From the NCBI GenBank assembly GCA_965113315.1, contig OZ220372.1: a stretch of 64,000 nt of DNA; one strand, written 5' to 3'. The notes under the pieces were generated by a model that was given only the letters and a program-made list of their open reading frames with translations, did not search any database and had not been told where the DNA came from. The position numbers and the translations under genes are program-made. Of this stretch, positions 48,950-61,200 are shown in pieces. Within the stretch, counting starts at the first letter, position 1, and each line of letters opens with the position of its first letter. Source of the stretch: Podarcis vaucheri (lineage: Eukaryota).

Positions 48950-49905
48950 TAATATGTCCACATCTTGCCAATAAGGCCTCTCCTCCTTCCGGAGGGAAGG
49001 TGTTGTGGGCGGGAGACGATTCCCGCATCACACGCAAGGGGGGTTACGCCCCCTGCCCCATCCACATGGCTGGCACGCCACGCCCCCGATCCCCCTGCCA
49101 TCCTTATCATTCAGCTGGGGGAGAATGACCTCATCAACAGAAAGAGTGTGGACTTGTGGAACATGAAAAAGGACTTGGATGAGCTTGCTGCTTTATGTCC
49201 CGGAACAACTTTGTTCTGGTCCTCACTCCTAAAGAGAATGGTTTGGCGTGGTGCGCATAACATTATGGCCATTGACAAATTCAGGAAACTCTTGAATCGT
49301 GTGATCGCCCGCAAAGTGCGTTTTATGAATAGCCTAGTTATCTCTCATGATGGTATCCAGATAGACGAGCAGGCCTTGTTCCGGGATGGCGTGGTTCATC
49401 TTTCAGATCGGGGAAACAACGTTTGGCTAGGTAACATCGTCAGCAGTATTAGGGATTGGATACAGCTGTGAGGGTATTGGCAGCGAGCCTCTTGGGCTCG
49501 GGTGGCGGTTAGGCATTGGAATGTGTTGTTGGTGTGTGGAAGGGCAAGGTGTGGCCATTGCCTACCCCTTCAAATTTGGGTATTCCATTAAAGGAATCCG
49601 GCGGTCATGAATCCTGTCTGATGCCTGTGTGGTGGGAGGGCCATGGCATGACCCTCGGTGACATCAGGGGAGAGCTTATAGTTGTATTAGCATCAACAGG
49701 CTCCCCCTACTGGTGGTTAACCCCTCTGCGAACTCACCCCTCTTCGAGTGGGTGGAGTCAAATCTTTTGTGGTCCAATGCCTAAGCCAATACCTTCTCAC
49801 TTGCTGTAATCAATAAAGTTGTGGCCTTTTCTTGCCCATTAATCTTATATTCTGTGTCCACGTGTCTTTATTCCACCATGCGGGGGTCGGGTCCTAGAAC
49901 CACAA
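48950..49905 (+). mobile_element. Probable tyrosine-recombinase retrotransposon (DIRS/Ngaro-like) remnant, internally deleted; boundaries approximate
   Basis: CpG/GC-rich island in AT-rich DNA carrying a partial SGNH hydrolase ORF, followed by a terminal-repeat-like segment with AATAAA at ~49812. Confidence 0.6.
49066..49471 (+). pseudogene. N-terminally truncated SGNH/GDSL hydrolase-like ORF of retroelement origin
   Basis: PAILIIQLGENDL (block III GxND), LFWSSLLKRMVWRGA, RKLLNR, ISHDGI, LFRDGVVHLSDRGNNVW (block V-like); the catalytic-Ser block I is absent. Confidence 0.7.
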
Positions 49906-51516
49906 GCTCCCATTAAAAACATGGGTGAATCTATCCATGCATTCCTTAAGCCATCTGAATTAGTTAACCAAGTTTAAGGTCTTTTTTTAAAAGGGGAGGG
50001 GACAGCTGTGTAGCTGTGGAGATGCAGGGCATGCCAGGCAGCCAACGAGAAGATAGAGTATCTCCCTTGTTCAAAAAACCAGGTGGTGGGTTTCTCTTCA
50101 AGATGACATATCTGAAGCTAACACTTCTAGAATTTTAATCCCTTAGTTGACACTCTTATTCACTTCTGTGATTGGCAAGGCAACATCAACCTGTTTTATA
50201 ACACTGTTTGTGTTATAAATGTCACCTCAATTAATGAACAGTATATAAATTAAAGCAGAACACACATTGATATTTATTAAAGTAAACATGACATATGCTT
50301 TGATGTACTATTTCTCACCTTTTATTTCAGGTATCACAGAGATGGCAACATCATTTAAATATATTGGCTCTGGAGAATTTATGGTCTTGTCTTTCACTGA
50401 CTTCCAAAGACATAAAGCAAAACAACAACAAAAACAGCGCAGCTCCTTTGAGTTATGAGAACAACAAATTTTCAACATATCAAGAACTCTACGATGACAG
50501 GACAGAATAACTTGTCTCCTTATCTAGAATTTATTACTCACAGTTTCATCCCTATACACAATGGAACCTCTGTGTCAGAAATATTCAGAGATGCTCCATA
50601 ACACTATGAAATCTGAAATGCTGCTTAAAGCATATTTCTGCTTATCTTTCAGCATCTACACATATGAAATAATGTGCCCCCAAAGTCACTCGATGCCTCA
50701 TAAAGGCATTCTGTCTTTATCACCATTTTTTCAGGGCAAAGGAAACCAAACAAGATGAAATACTTTGTTCTGGGAAACATTAGTAGTGTCCGGTCTTTAT
50801 TTCCTTAGCTGTATACCTATTTAGAAAGTACTGTCAGAGATACTTGTTTATTAACTTTCCCTCGTTCATCTGACCTCTGGTTAGTTGGATCACTGCTGCT
50901 TACTGGAAGGTAAAGGGACAGGACAAGGCAGCAACAAGGTTGGTGTGGTGCAAATACACCAGCAAAGTCAATCAGGTGCTCTTCCCAGTTTGTTTGCACT
51001 AGGCCAACTTTGCCACTGCCTCTCCCCTCCCCTTCTACCTCCCAGTAAGTATCAGTAAATGACCTGCTAGAGATCAGTGAGTGATGCCACCACACCATCT
51101 TCTACTGTCTGAACACTATTCTGAAGAGCCACAAACAATAGTGTTGTTGCCTAATACCGGAGAGGAGGCTGCCAAGGGGGGGGGGGGGGTTATGATAGAG
51201 CAAATTAGAGTTGCAAGCTTGGACATGCAAATCGCAGTGAGGGAGACTGCAGATTTGTACTAGGCATGTTCTAGAGGTTCAAAGCACTGTTAGATAATCT
51301 TAGGAATGACCCAAGAGGCCTGTGAAACTACATTTCCCATCATACTTCTTCAGAGCTTAATAAACACTACAGAAGAAGCCTTTCTCAGTATTGCCATAGC
51401 TTTCAAAAACATTTTAGTAAGAAAGGGTAAGGGAAAACTGTTGCATCAGAGGAAGCATCTGTTAAACCCAGAACCGAAGTAATGCTGAGCTGATCCCAAA
51501 CTCCTGTTTGTGTATA

Positions 51517-51776
51517 CAGTGGTACCTCTGGATATGAACGGGATCCGTTCTGGAGCCCCGTTCGCATCCAGAAGCAAACGTAAATAGTGAAGGAACGTCT
51601 GCGCATGCGCATGTCGCTTTTTGCCGCTTCTGCACATGCGCGTGGTGTCATTTTGAGCCTCTGCGCATGCGCGAGTGGCGAAACCCTGAAGTAATGTGTT
51701 CCGTTACTTCTGGGTTGCCGCGGAGCACAACGTGAACGCGCTCAACATGAAGCATATTTAACCTGAGGTATGACTG
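51517..51776. mobile_element. Tigger/pogo-like MITE, CpG-rich subfamily
   Basis: TA|CAGTGGTACCTC ... GAGGTATGACTG|TA. Confidence 0.8.
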
Positions 51777-52399
51777 TACTCAGCTCATCATTAGCTAGGA
51801 AGCTCCAAACTAAGTTTAGACTTCAGACTCTGCAGTTCTGATTTTTAGCTGCATCACTAGCAAAATAATAATAATAAATTGTGCTGTCTGTCTTGCATCA
51901 CTTCCAATCTACCCAGCTCAAGCTACATGAATAACAAAAACTTCAGAGACTTCTGTACCCACACAGAGTCTGTTGGAAATTTTCCAAAGCAGTTTTCAAA
52001 TCAAATAATGTGTACAAAAATACATATACAAGGTAAAGTGTACATTAAAGTGCATATATTATTGAAAATGGGATGAAAAAGTGCATTGTATTAGGGGAAT
52101 TTTCATGAAAAAAACATATGCCTTTGACAAACTTCTGTGTATCAGGAGAAATTCACACAAAGGTGCTGATGGATTTTCATGAGGATGTTAGAAAAGATCT
52201 CAAACATGCAGAAATGTGGAGAATTGAACATTCAAAACATAGAAAACCAGGGGGAAACAAAGCAGGCAGATTTGCCCATCCCCAGTCAAACCCCAATCCT
52301 CTAAGAATAGATGAGACAAATTCAGGGAAGAGAGTTCTACCAACAGGTATTCACTATAATAGCTAATCAGGTACTTCTATATATATGGGTCATGCACTT

Positions 52400-52548
52400 C
52401 ATAGAATCATAGAATTGTAGTGTTGGAAGGGAACATGAGGATTATCTAGCCCAACCCCCTGCAATGCAGGAATCTGCAGCTGTCCCATAAGAGGATCGAA
52501 CCTGTGACCTTGGCATTAATAGCATCACACTCTAACCAACTGAGCTAC
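52400..52548 (-). mobile_element. SINE with a tRNA-Ile-like head and a CR1-derived tail
   Basis: Minus strand: tagctcagttggttagagtgtgatgctattaatgccaaggtcacaggttcgatcc (tRNA-Ile-like), then ttcctgcattgcagggggttgggctagat ... ttccaacactacaattctatgattctat (CR1 end). Confidence 0.82.
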
Positions 52549-53624
52549 CCACTTCAAAATACCAAATGATAGAGACAAAAGACAGGAGCAAGTCATGATT
52601 GTAGTACCATGTGTGAGAGCTTCCATGCTGATGGAAACGCAATATTTTCTCCAGTGTTAATCAAAGCACATCACAGCCTTCTGAATGACAGCTAAGGGGA
52701 ACAACACAAAAGGTATTAACCCCCCCCCCAAATTCTGTACATTGCTTAGAATATAATGTGCGGGAGGGATCAAGTATCTGATATCACTAACCATGTGTAT
52801 GATATAGTGGTGGTCATGATGTATGTGTGTGTGACAGAGTATGTTGATACAAACGTATGTATTATTTTCAGATGGAAAGCTGTATTTCACATTGGGTGGT
52901 AGGAACAGTCTCCACCATCCCTGTTATATATAATTCCTGAAAATGCATTATTGTGTGTCTTGTTTGCTCATTACATTCAATATTCATATCTGAACGTGAC
53001 TCACCTTGACAACCTAGCCATAAGGCTGTGAAAAATGTAGATCTGAATCAGGGCCATTTCATTTCCAGCTTTCCCACGGCTGCAGAAGATTTAACAGCTG
53101 CATTGAAATAAACTCACAGAGTAAAATGCCGAAGGCTTTAAAACAGCCCAGGGGAAGGAATAGGTAAGGTATCCCATATATTTGGTTTTCCAATAAGAAC
53201 ACTATACAAACACTGTTGAAATGTGAATGCCATTATTTTAGGTGCCTAAAGATGGATTCAAGCTGTGCACCTCTAAACCTCACCATGCCTAATAACTGAA
53301 TCCACCCTCATTCTGAAATAACAATATTTTGCCTGAAGCAATTCCTGTGTTTATAACTCTGTAGCTCAAGCAAAATAGAATTTTGAAATGTTGTAGGGTC
53401 AAACTCTCTGAATGGTTCAGGATAGGTTGAAAACTGTCAGCAGTATAATTCTGCGAGGTCAATTTTTAAAATCTTCATCTCCTCACATTCTTTGCACCAA
53501 ACAAATATTCGGAGGGGTGGGAGCTGGTAGGCACTATCTAGCAATCAGGACATTCCTGAATTAAGTCCTTTTTGAATGAATTAAAATACTTTCATTTAAA
53601 AACAACAGCAACAATTGTGATATA

Positions 53625-53865
53625 TAGTGGTATCTCGGTTTAAGAACAGTCCTGTTTATAAACGATTTGGTTTAAGAACTCCACAAAACTGGAAATAGTG
53701 TCCCAGTTTACGAACTTTACCTTGGTCTAAGAACAGAATCTGAAAGTTGAAAGGGCACCGGTGGCAGAAGGGCTCATTAGGGAAAGCGTGCCTCGGTTTA
53801 AGAATGGTTTCGGTTTAAGAAGGGACTTCTGGAACGGATTAAGTTCGTAAACTGAGCTACCACTG
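53625..53865. mobile_element. Tigger/pogo-like MITE (diverged)
   Basis: ta|tagtggtatctcggttta ... taaactgagctaccactg|ta. Confidence 0.75.
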
Positions 53866-53957
53866 TATAAACACATAATCATTTTTTAAAATCCAAATTG
53901 CCATGTTTTTGACCATGTGAAAGACAGTGAGATGTGTTCAGCCATGCCACTGTTATA

Positions 53958-54123
53958 TAGAATAATAGAAATTGAGAATTAGACAGGGTCCTGAGCATCA
54001 TCTAGTCCAATCACCTAAATGACATATGGCCATTCTATGAGGAAGAGTCAATCACCTTCCAATAGAATCCATTCCATTGCTGAACAGGTCTTACCACCAG
54101 AAATTTCTTCCTTATGTTTAGTC
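53958..54123 (-). mobile_element. Old, internally deleted CR1 3' fragment
   Basis: catctagtccaa ... ttccattgctgaacaggtcttaccaccagaaatttcttccttatgtttag is the antisense of the CR1 3' region. Confidence 0.6.
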
Positions 54124-56785
54124 ACCCACACCCACAAACTCACAATCAAATTTCCAAACAGCTCAGACAAACAACCAACCTTAATTCAAAAGACACAAGC
54201 TCACTCTTTTCAGTCTCCACCACCACGCCCTCGCAAACACCCCTGTTTGCAAGTCCTGGTCAAAATCTCCTGGTCATGAGCGCCCAGATTTACAGAAGCA
54301 TTCTGAAATGGATAATGCAGCATTTCATATAACATAAATAGTAGAATGATGTTCCAAGGGACTGAAATCAAAATACCAAATAATTCAGGAAAACCCCTAC
54401 ATATAATGAAACACATTGCATAAATGGTAAGGCACGTTTGTCAATGTGATTGATGCAAATTAGCTGGAAATTGCCCCAATAAAAAGTCGCAGGTGTATTC
54501 AGAAAAAGCAGCTTAGCAGAGTATGGAAAAATCAAAGTCACCTTGATTGCTGACACAATGTAAACAAGATCCTCAAAGTAGTTCAGGACTCTGACACAAT
54601 TTTGTTGCCACCTCACCTCCTCTGCCACCCTTCTACACTTCTCTGCTTGCTTTTCCTTCTTCCTATAAGGTGTTTTGCACGGCTTGGTTGAAACCCAGCA
54701 ACAAAGGGGTTTCTATGTTTTTCTTACCTACATTGCCACTCATGTTCCTGATGTGGGCAAGCTAAGTGAACCATGCTGAGGAATGCTTTCTGGTACTGCC
54801 TCAAAGGTGGGCTTTGGAGAAATTCCTTGAAATACAGAAAGTTGGGGTGTTTCCTTGGCTGATCTGCCCCTCTGCTAATGTGGAGATACCTTGATTCTTG
54901 GGTCTACGTAGTTATTTGGGCAAGAGGGCTAGATCAGTCTCTCTTCTTGTTTCCTAGCTTCCATAGCACTGGTTGAAAAAGGTGGATTATGCTGGGAAAG
55001 GCTGGTTCCCAGGGAAATGTCTTCTTAGGTTCAGCTGACATCCCATTCTAGATATCTGCTGTGAAGGTAAATACCTACCTTTGCTAGGGAGCTCATTAAG
55101 CCTAGTGAATGATTTGAGACCAGGGGCATTTTACTCCATAGTATTGTTAAAATTAAGCAAGTGTGACCTGATTGTGGTGTGGATGAGAAGTCATTGAGAA
55201 CACCAATAAAGCTATGCTGAACTTTCCAAAGAAGCTTGGATTTCTACAGATTCAATAATAATGCTAATTAGGTAGGAACCTTTTGTTGCACGGAGAGTAG
55301 GCTATTATTGTCTATTAGTCTAAAACATATTTTTTGTACTAATGAAATAGCGTTCATGAATGAAAATATGAAAGAACATTTGGGGGCTTTTGATCATTTT
55401 CCAAGGAGGTTAGAACACTTTCATTATTGCTGGGTACAAAAATGTCCTCTGACTGTGCCTTCTCCAAATATCCTTTGGGTGTTTCTTCCAAAAAGCTATA
55501 TTCATTTCAAATTGCTTTCTCCCCCCAGACCTTATCGCTTCCCCAACCCTTTTTGCAGCATAAAACAACTCATTATATCACTAAAAGGTAATGCAATGTA
55601 CAAGGTCACCTCTTAGTTGTATGCATATTTATGTGGGTGAACCAAACAACAAGAAATCTGATTTATGACAGGAAACTCTGAATACCACCTTCATTAATGG
55701 AATTTATTTAAAAGTGAAGAACCTCTGTTTTATTGAGATTTCTCACCCACCCAATTTTCAAAGTCCTTACATTTCAAAATATTTTGAAGATCCAGCTAAA
55801 TATCTTTTTTTAAAAAAAGTAGGACCACTAATGGGACTCCTCACAATGAATGCAAACAAAAGTTCTTGAAGCACTTTTGGTGATCATCAAGGAAAAATGA
55901 ATGCCTCATTTGTGATGCATGTACAAGTAAACCTACAGATTAAAATTTAAATTCAAAATGTTACTCTTCATTGATAATGACATTTTGAATAGGATAATGG
56001 GGAGGAGGTAATAACTCACATTCCAATGTATTAGTTTGGTTCGGACATAGAGAGCATAATAAGACAATGATTGGCCCCTGTTTGGGGTTGCACACTCCCT
56101 CCTTCTCCTATGGAATACTAGTGAGGAGGGGTCTGGAAGCATCCACTTCCATTTCTGTTTAGCCGCAGTTTGTCACATAATCTAAATCTGTGGTTTGTCT
56201 GAAACAATACGACTTTAAACCATAAGGTTATGAAACTGGCTGGTCTCAACAAACCATAGTTAAGTTTAAGTACCATTTTGACAGCATGATTGATGGGGGT
56301 TGATCGAAAGGGAGAGCTGCCAATCTTCTTATTGTGGCCACACAAGACGATGATGGGGATGGGGAAGAGTGTGAGCCCAGGAAAGGCATGACTCATTCTC
56401 ATAATGTTAACAAAATTTAGCGTTATGAGCAAACACAGTTGTTTCATACACATTCTTGCAGCAAGCTTTGAAATTGCCTTACTTTTGTAGAGGAGCTTAA
56501 AGACTAAGAGGAAAACCAAGTCAATGCATCAACTGATGTGGTTACTCAGACAATATCAGATAGATGATAGAATCACTGCACTATTAACTCTTGCAGAAAA
56601 TATTTCTACTTGACTTTGTATGACTCCCCCCTGCGGCTATGCTCAATCTACTCTCTTTAAATTGCATTTCATTTTTTGATGAACAATGTCTGGCAGGGCC
56701 TAAAATGTGTGAAGAGTAACAATGAAGAGTAACATTTTGAATTTAAATTTTAATCTGTAGGTTTACTTGTACATGCATCACAAAT

Positions 56786-58247
56786 TGTCCCGGCAGACTG
56801 GAGGTGTCCCGGCAGACTGGAGGAGGGCAAATGTTGTTCCTATTTTCAAAAAGGGGAAAAGAGAGGACCCAAATAATTACCGCCCAGTCAGTCTGACATC
56901 AATAGCAGGGAAGATTCTGGAGCAGATCATTAAGCAAACAGTCTGTGAGCACCTAGAAAGGAATGCTGTGATCACCAATAGTCAGCATGGATTTCTGAAA
57001 AATAAGTCATGTCAGACTAACCTGATCTCGTTTTTTGACAGAATTACAAGCCTGGTAGATGAAGGGAACGCAGTGGATGTAGCCTACCTTGATTTCAGCA
57101 AAGCATTTGACAAGGTGCCCCATGATATTCTTGTAAAGAAGCTGGTAAAATGCGGTCTTGACTATGCTACCACTCAGTGGATTTGTAACTGGCTGACTGA
57201 CCGAACCCAAAGGGTGCTCATCAATGGTTCCTCTTCATCCTGGAGAAGAGTGACTAGTGGGGTGCCACAGGGTTCTGTCTTGGGCCCGGTCTTATTCAAC
57301 ATCTTTATCAACGACTTGGATGATGGACTCAAGGGCATCCTGATCAAATTTGCAGATGACACCAAACTGGGAGGGGTGGCTAACACCCCAGAGGACAGGA
57401 TCACACTTCAAAACGACCTTGACAGATTAGAGAACTGGGCAAAAACAAACAAGATGAATTTTAACAGGGAGAAATGTAAAGTATTGCACTTGGGCAAAAA
57501 AAATGAGAGGCACAAATACAAGATGGGTGACACCTGGCTTGAGAGCAGTACATGTGAAAAGGATCTAGGAGTCTTGGTTGACCACAAACTTGACATGAGC
57601 CAACAGTGTGACGCGGCAGCTAAAAAAGCCAATGCAATTCTGGGCTGCATCAATAGGAGTATAGCATCTAGATCAAGGGAAGTAATAGTGCCACTGTATT
57701 CTGCTCTGGTCAGACCACACCTGGAGTACTGTGTCCAGTTCTGGGCACCACAATTCAAGAAGGACACTGACAAACTGGAACGTGTCCAGAAGAGGGCAAC
57801 CAAAATGGTCAAAGGCCTGGAAACGATGCCTTATGAGGAACGGCTAAGGGAGCTGGGCATGTTTAGCCTGGAGAAGAGGAGGTTAAGGGGTGATATGATA
57901 GCCATGTTCAAATATATAAAAGGATGTCACATAGAGGAGGGAGAAAGGTTGTTTTCTGCTGCTCCAGAGAAGCGGACACGGAGCAATGGATCCAAACTAC
58001 AAGAAAGAAGATTCCACCTAAACATTAGGAAGAACTTCCTGACAGTAAGAGCTGTTCGACAGTGGAATTTGCTGCCAAGGAGTGTGGTGGAGTCTCCTAC
58101 TTTGGAGGTCTTTAAGCAGAGGCTTGACAACCATATGTCAGGAGTGCTCTGATGGTGTTTCCTGCTTGGCAGGGGGTTGGACTCGATGGCCCTTGTGGTC
58201 TCTTCCAACTCTATGATTCTATGATTCTATGATTCTATGATTCTATG
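56786..58247 (+). mobile_element. Young 5'-truncated CR1 LINE
   Basis: Open RT frame, short 3'UTR and (ATTCTATG)n terminal octamers at ~58208-58247. Confidence 0.96.
56797..58152 (+). pseudogene. CR1 ORF2 reverse-transcriptase domain and C-terminus; uninterrupted but lacking the endonuclease and a native start
   Basis: [77 protein letters not shown]. Confidence 0.92.
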
Positions 58248-61200
58248 TGTGCTACTCAATCCTGTGGGGAAAATGATACACAAACTAAAATGAAATAAAA
58301 TAACTCAAGTGAATACACACAGAGAGAAAACATCATATGTATGAAGCCCAGTTCCCTGTTCTCCATGACCTGGTCCAAGACTGACATCAGGAGTGAAGGG
58401 ACCCTCAACAAAAATGGTCTCCAGTGGCCTCCCTCTGATAGCGATGCACCCTTCTGTTTGGTGGGCTTGCCAGTGTCCATGAGTGTTGACAGCAAACTTC
58501 ACCACTGTGACAAGGTACCTGCAAGCTACCCACCATTATGATGCTTGCACAATGCCCTGATATAGCATTCCACTGGGTTATCAACCAGTCATAGGGAAAC
58601 CTATGGCTTCCAATATTAGCAGACATCAACTGCTAATAGCCCAGTCAATATACATGCCCCAGAAATTTTTGAAAAAGCAAGAATCCTGAGCTGAAGTGGG
58701 ACATTTTGGACAGAATCAAGGCTTGAATGCCTCTGGTCTGGCCATTGTGTAGAAATAAATCTTATTTAACACAAGAAATAGGTTTTTTTAAGCTTTACTT
58801 GCAGAATTTGATTTTAAGTGTTACAAAAACAAGATAATTATATATTGCAAAAAACAAGCAATTACTTTCAGCATTACATTTTTTTCTCTCACACTGATCC
58901 CAGTGTGAGGCTCTAACCATGTTTACTAAAATGTAGCTTCTCTGCTAAAAAAATATAGATACAGTGTCTATCTCATTCTCCTGCATGCTGGCAACTGACT
59001 ACATGAAGCTCTGTGTTGCAAAGCAATCCCATTTTCATAGACGAATGCTGATAAGATACGAAAGTTTCAGCTCGCCTGTTGAGTCACAGACCTACCGTAA
59101 TACCTGAGATCTAGTCACAAGGCTTAGGCAGAAGGTTGTCTACCACACCCAGTGGAACAATACCGGCTATGTGCCTAAAACTTAAAAATAAAACATTTTA
59201 TGTAAATTAAAAATTTAACTGGGATCAGACAGCAAATGGAGGGCAGGAGGAGATGCATGGAGGCTGCCTGCAGGTGTCTCTCTCTCCCTCTTCCTGACTT
59301 CATGTTTGAATAGAGTTTAAAACCCTAGTTAAAGGCTGTGCATGGTCCCTAATTTGGTTCAGAGCCAAGATCTGATCCACGTCAGCCCCAGATCATTCCA
59401 GGTCAGATCAGGATCTCTCTGAAGTGCCAGATCAGGCCCTGTATTGGATTAGAGGGGATTGCACAGTCTATACACACCTTCAAAGGCCTGACACAAAGTG
59501 TCAGCTTTCTGCTCCCACCATCTATCTTGTTTTCCATGGTTCAGGTAGCAATAAGTGATGGGTTAAAGCTATCTCATTTAAATCAACTGCACCACTAGCC
59601 ATAGTTAAAATTGGAATCCTCTCCTTCCATCTCAGGAGATTTGTATCCATATAGTATGAAATAAAGGCTATAATGGATATTTTAAAACAGTGCAGTTTAT
59701 TTAATGTTTAGATCAGCAGATTATGGAGAAAGGGGTTCTGAGCACCTTCTACAACAACTGAAACATGCATATTCTCTTGGAAGCAACTTCCTCACATAGT
59801 GGCCCAATGCTGGCAGCCAGCCGCAGTTCCACTTTTTGGGTCAGGCCTGACCCGGGGGCAGAAGTGGCAGGCTCCAGTGCATGAGTGTGCCACCCCTGGG
59901 ACTTCCTGCAAACACCTCAGCACATGTGTGCCTGCCCCAGGCGGTCATAGGACACGCCATTACCCTGGCTACAGGTGCACATAGGAGTTTGCTTCTCATC
60001 TTGTGCGCATGAATCCAGAACAACAGTACATTGTAAAATTCCTGTTAAAATTAGTTTTGAGGAAGAGGAACATGTAGAGTTTCTGACCTGCAGTGGGGAG
60101 AATATAAGCCTCTTTGCTATGAACCCTGGCAATGTAAAGGTCAAGCATAATGCAAAGTTTGCAACACAAAAGCTCTGCTCCTTTGTTACATTCAAATGCT
60201 ATTTTGTGCCCATAAATTAATTTGAATTTGGGGCCTCAACATAGACAATCCTCACTTTGATTTTGCTTTGTTTCCTTTATCCACGTTCCAAACTTGAAGA
60301 GGAGTAGAAAATGATATGGCTGTCATCATTGGCTTTTCTAGTTTAATTAGTGTTTATAAATCCAGCTGAAAGCAGATAACAGATTATGGACAAAGCGGAA
60401 GCATCCGCCATCCGGCATGAATGAAAGCCATTGTTCATTTCCTCCTATTTCACCTACATTAATGAAACTGGTAATAGTTTTGGACCCCATGCCATTTTGT
60501 CATGTAGTTACAGCTTGTCCTTTCACAAAAGAAAATTAGAAAACTGCTGAGTATTATAGATATTAACGGTTGCTGGAACAGTATAATAAAAGGCTCCTTT
60601 TCTAAAGCGCTGCCAAGCTTTCATGTCATTATTCATGAATGAGTAATGTATTCAAAAGGAGAAGAGTGCTGATCTCCAAGGATGTGGAGCAGCAAGAAGG
60701 AAGGATGGAAAGAAAAATTCATGTAAAACACAAATGCTGGGGCTATGCATATTGAACAGTTTTTAGAATGAAGTGAAAATGAACCCTACTTACAGGGAAG
60801 GAAGGTGCCTTGCCAATCAGGGAAAAAGATTCCTCACATCCACAGAAATGTACAGGTAACTAGGCAGCCGGAGAAGGGGGAGGAATCACTAAAGCTTTGA
60901 GAATTTCCACAGAAAGAGGAGAGTTCCATCTACTCTTTCCTTCAGAGCAAAAGCTTAAGAACCCAGAGAAAGGTAAGGATGCATATTCAGCTCTAGTGCC
61001 TAACCATGCACATTATTCCACAAGTTAAACAATGCTGTTTATTTATTCATTCAGTTGCTTACTTGGTTATTACTAGATGGATGCTCATCAGCGTGTGTTT
61101 GCTGTGATGCTTACAAAAAGGAGTCAAATATAATACTGAATGACAAGATAATGAAATGCTTAAGTGTCACATGAAAATCTCCTTTCTGGTAGAGTAAATG

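Noticed and set aside
48817-48950. SGWRS as a tyrosine-recombinase GRWxS motif upstream of the hydrolase
   Set aside because: No HSxR or catalytic Tyr context and AT-rich host-like composition; probably chance
52470-52548. Genuine tRNA-Ile gene
   Set aside because: Stems are mutated and it is fused directly to a CR1-type tail, so it is a SINE head
56767-56796. Start of a 461-aa standalone RT gene
   Set aside because: TTG start in flanking host DNA fused by chance to a 5'-truncated CR1 frame
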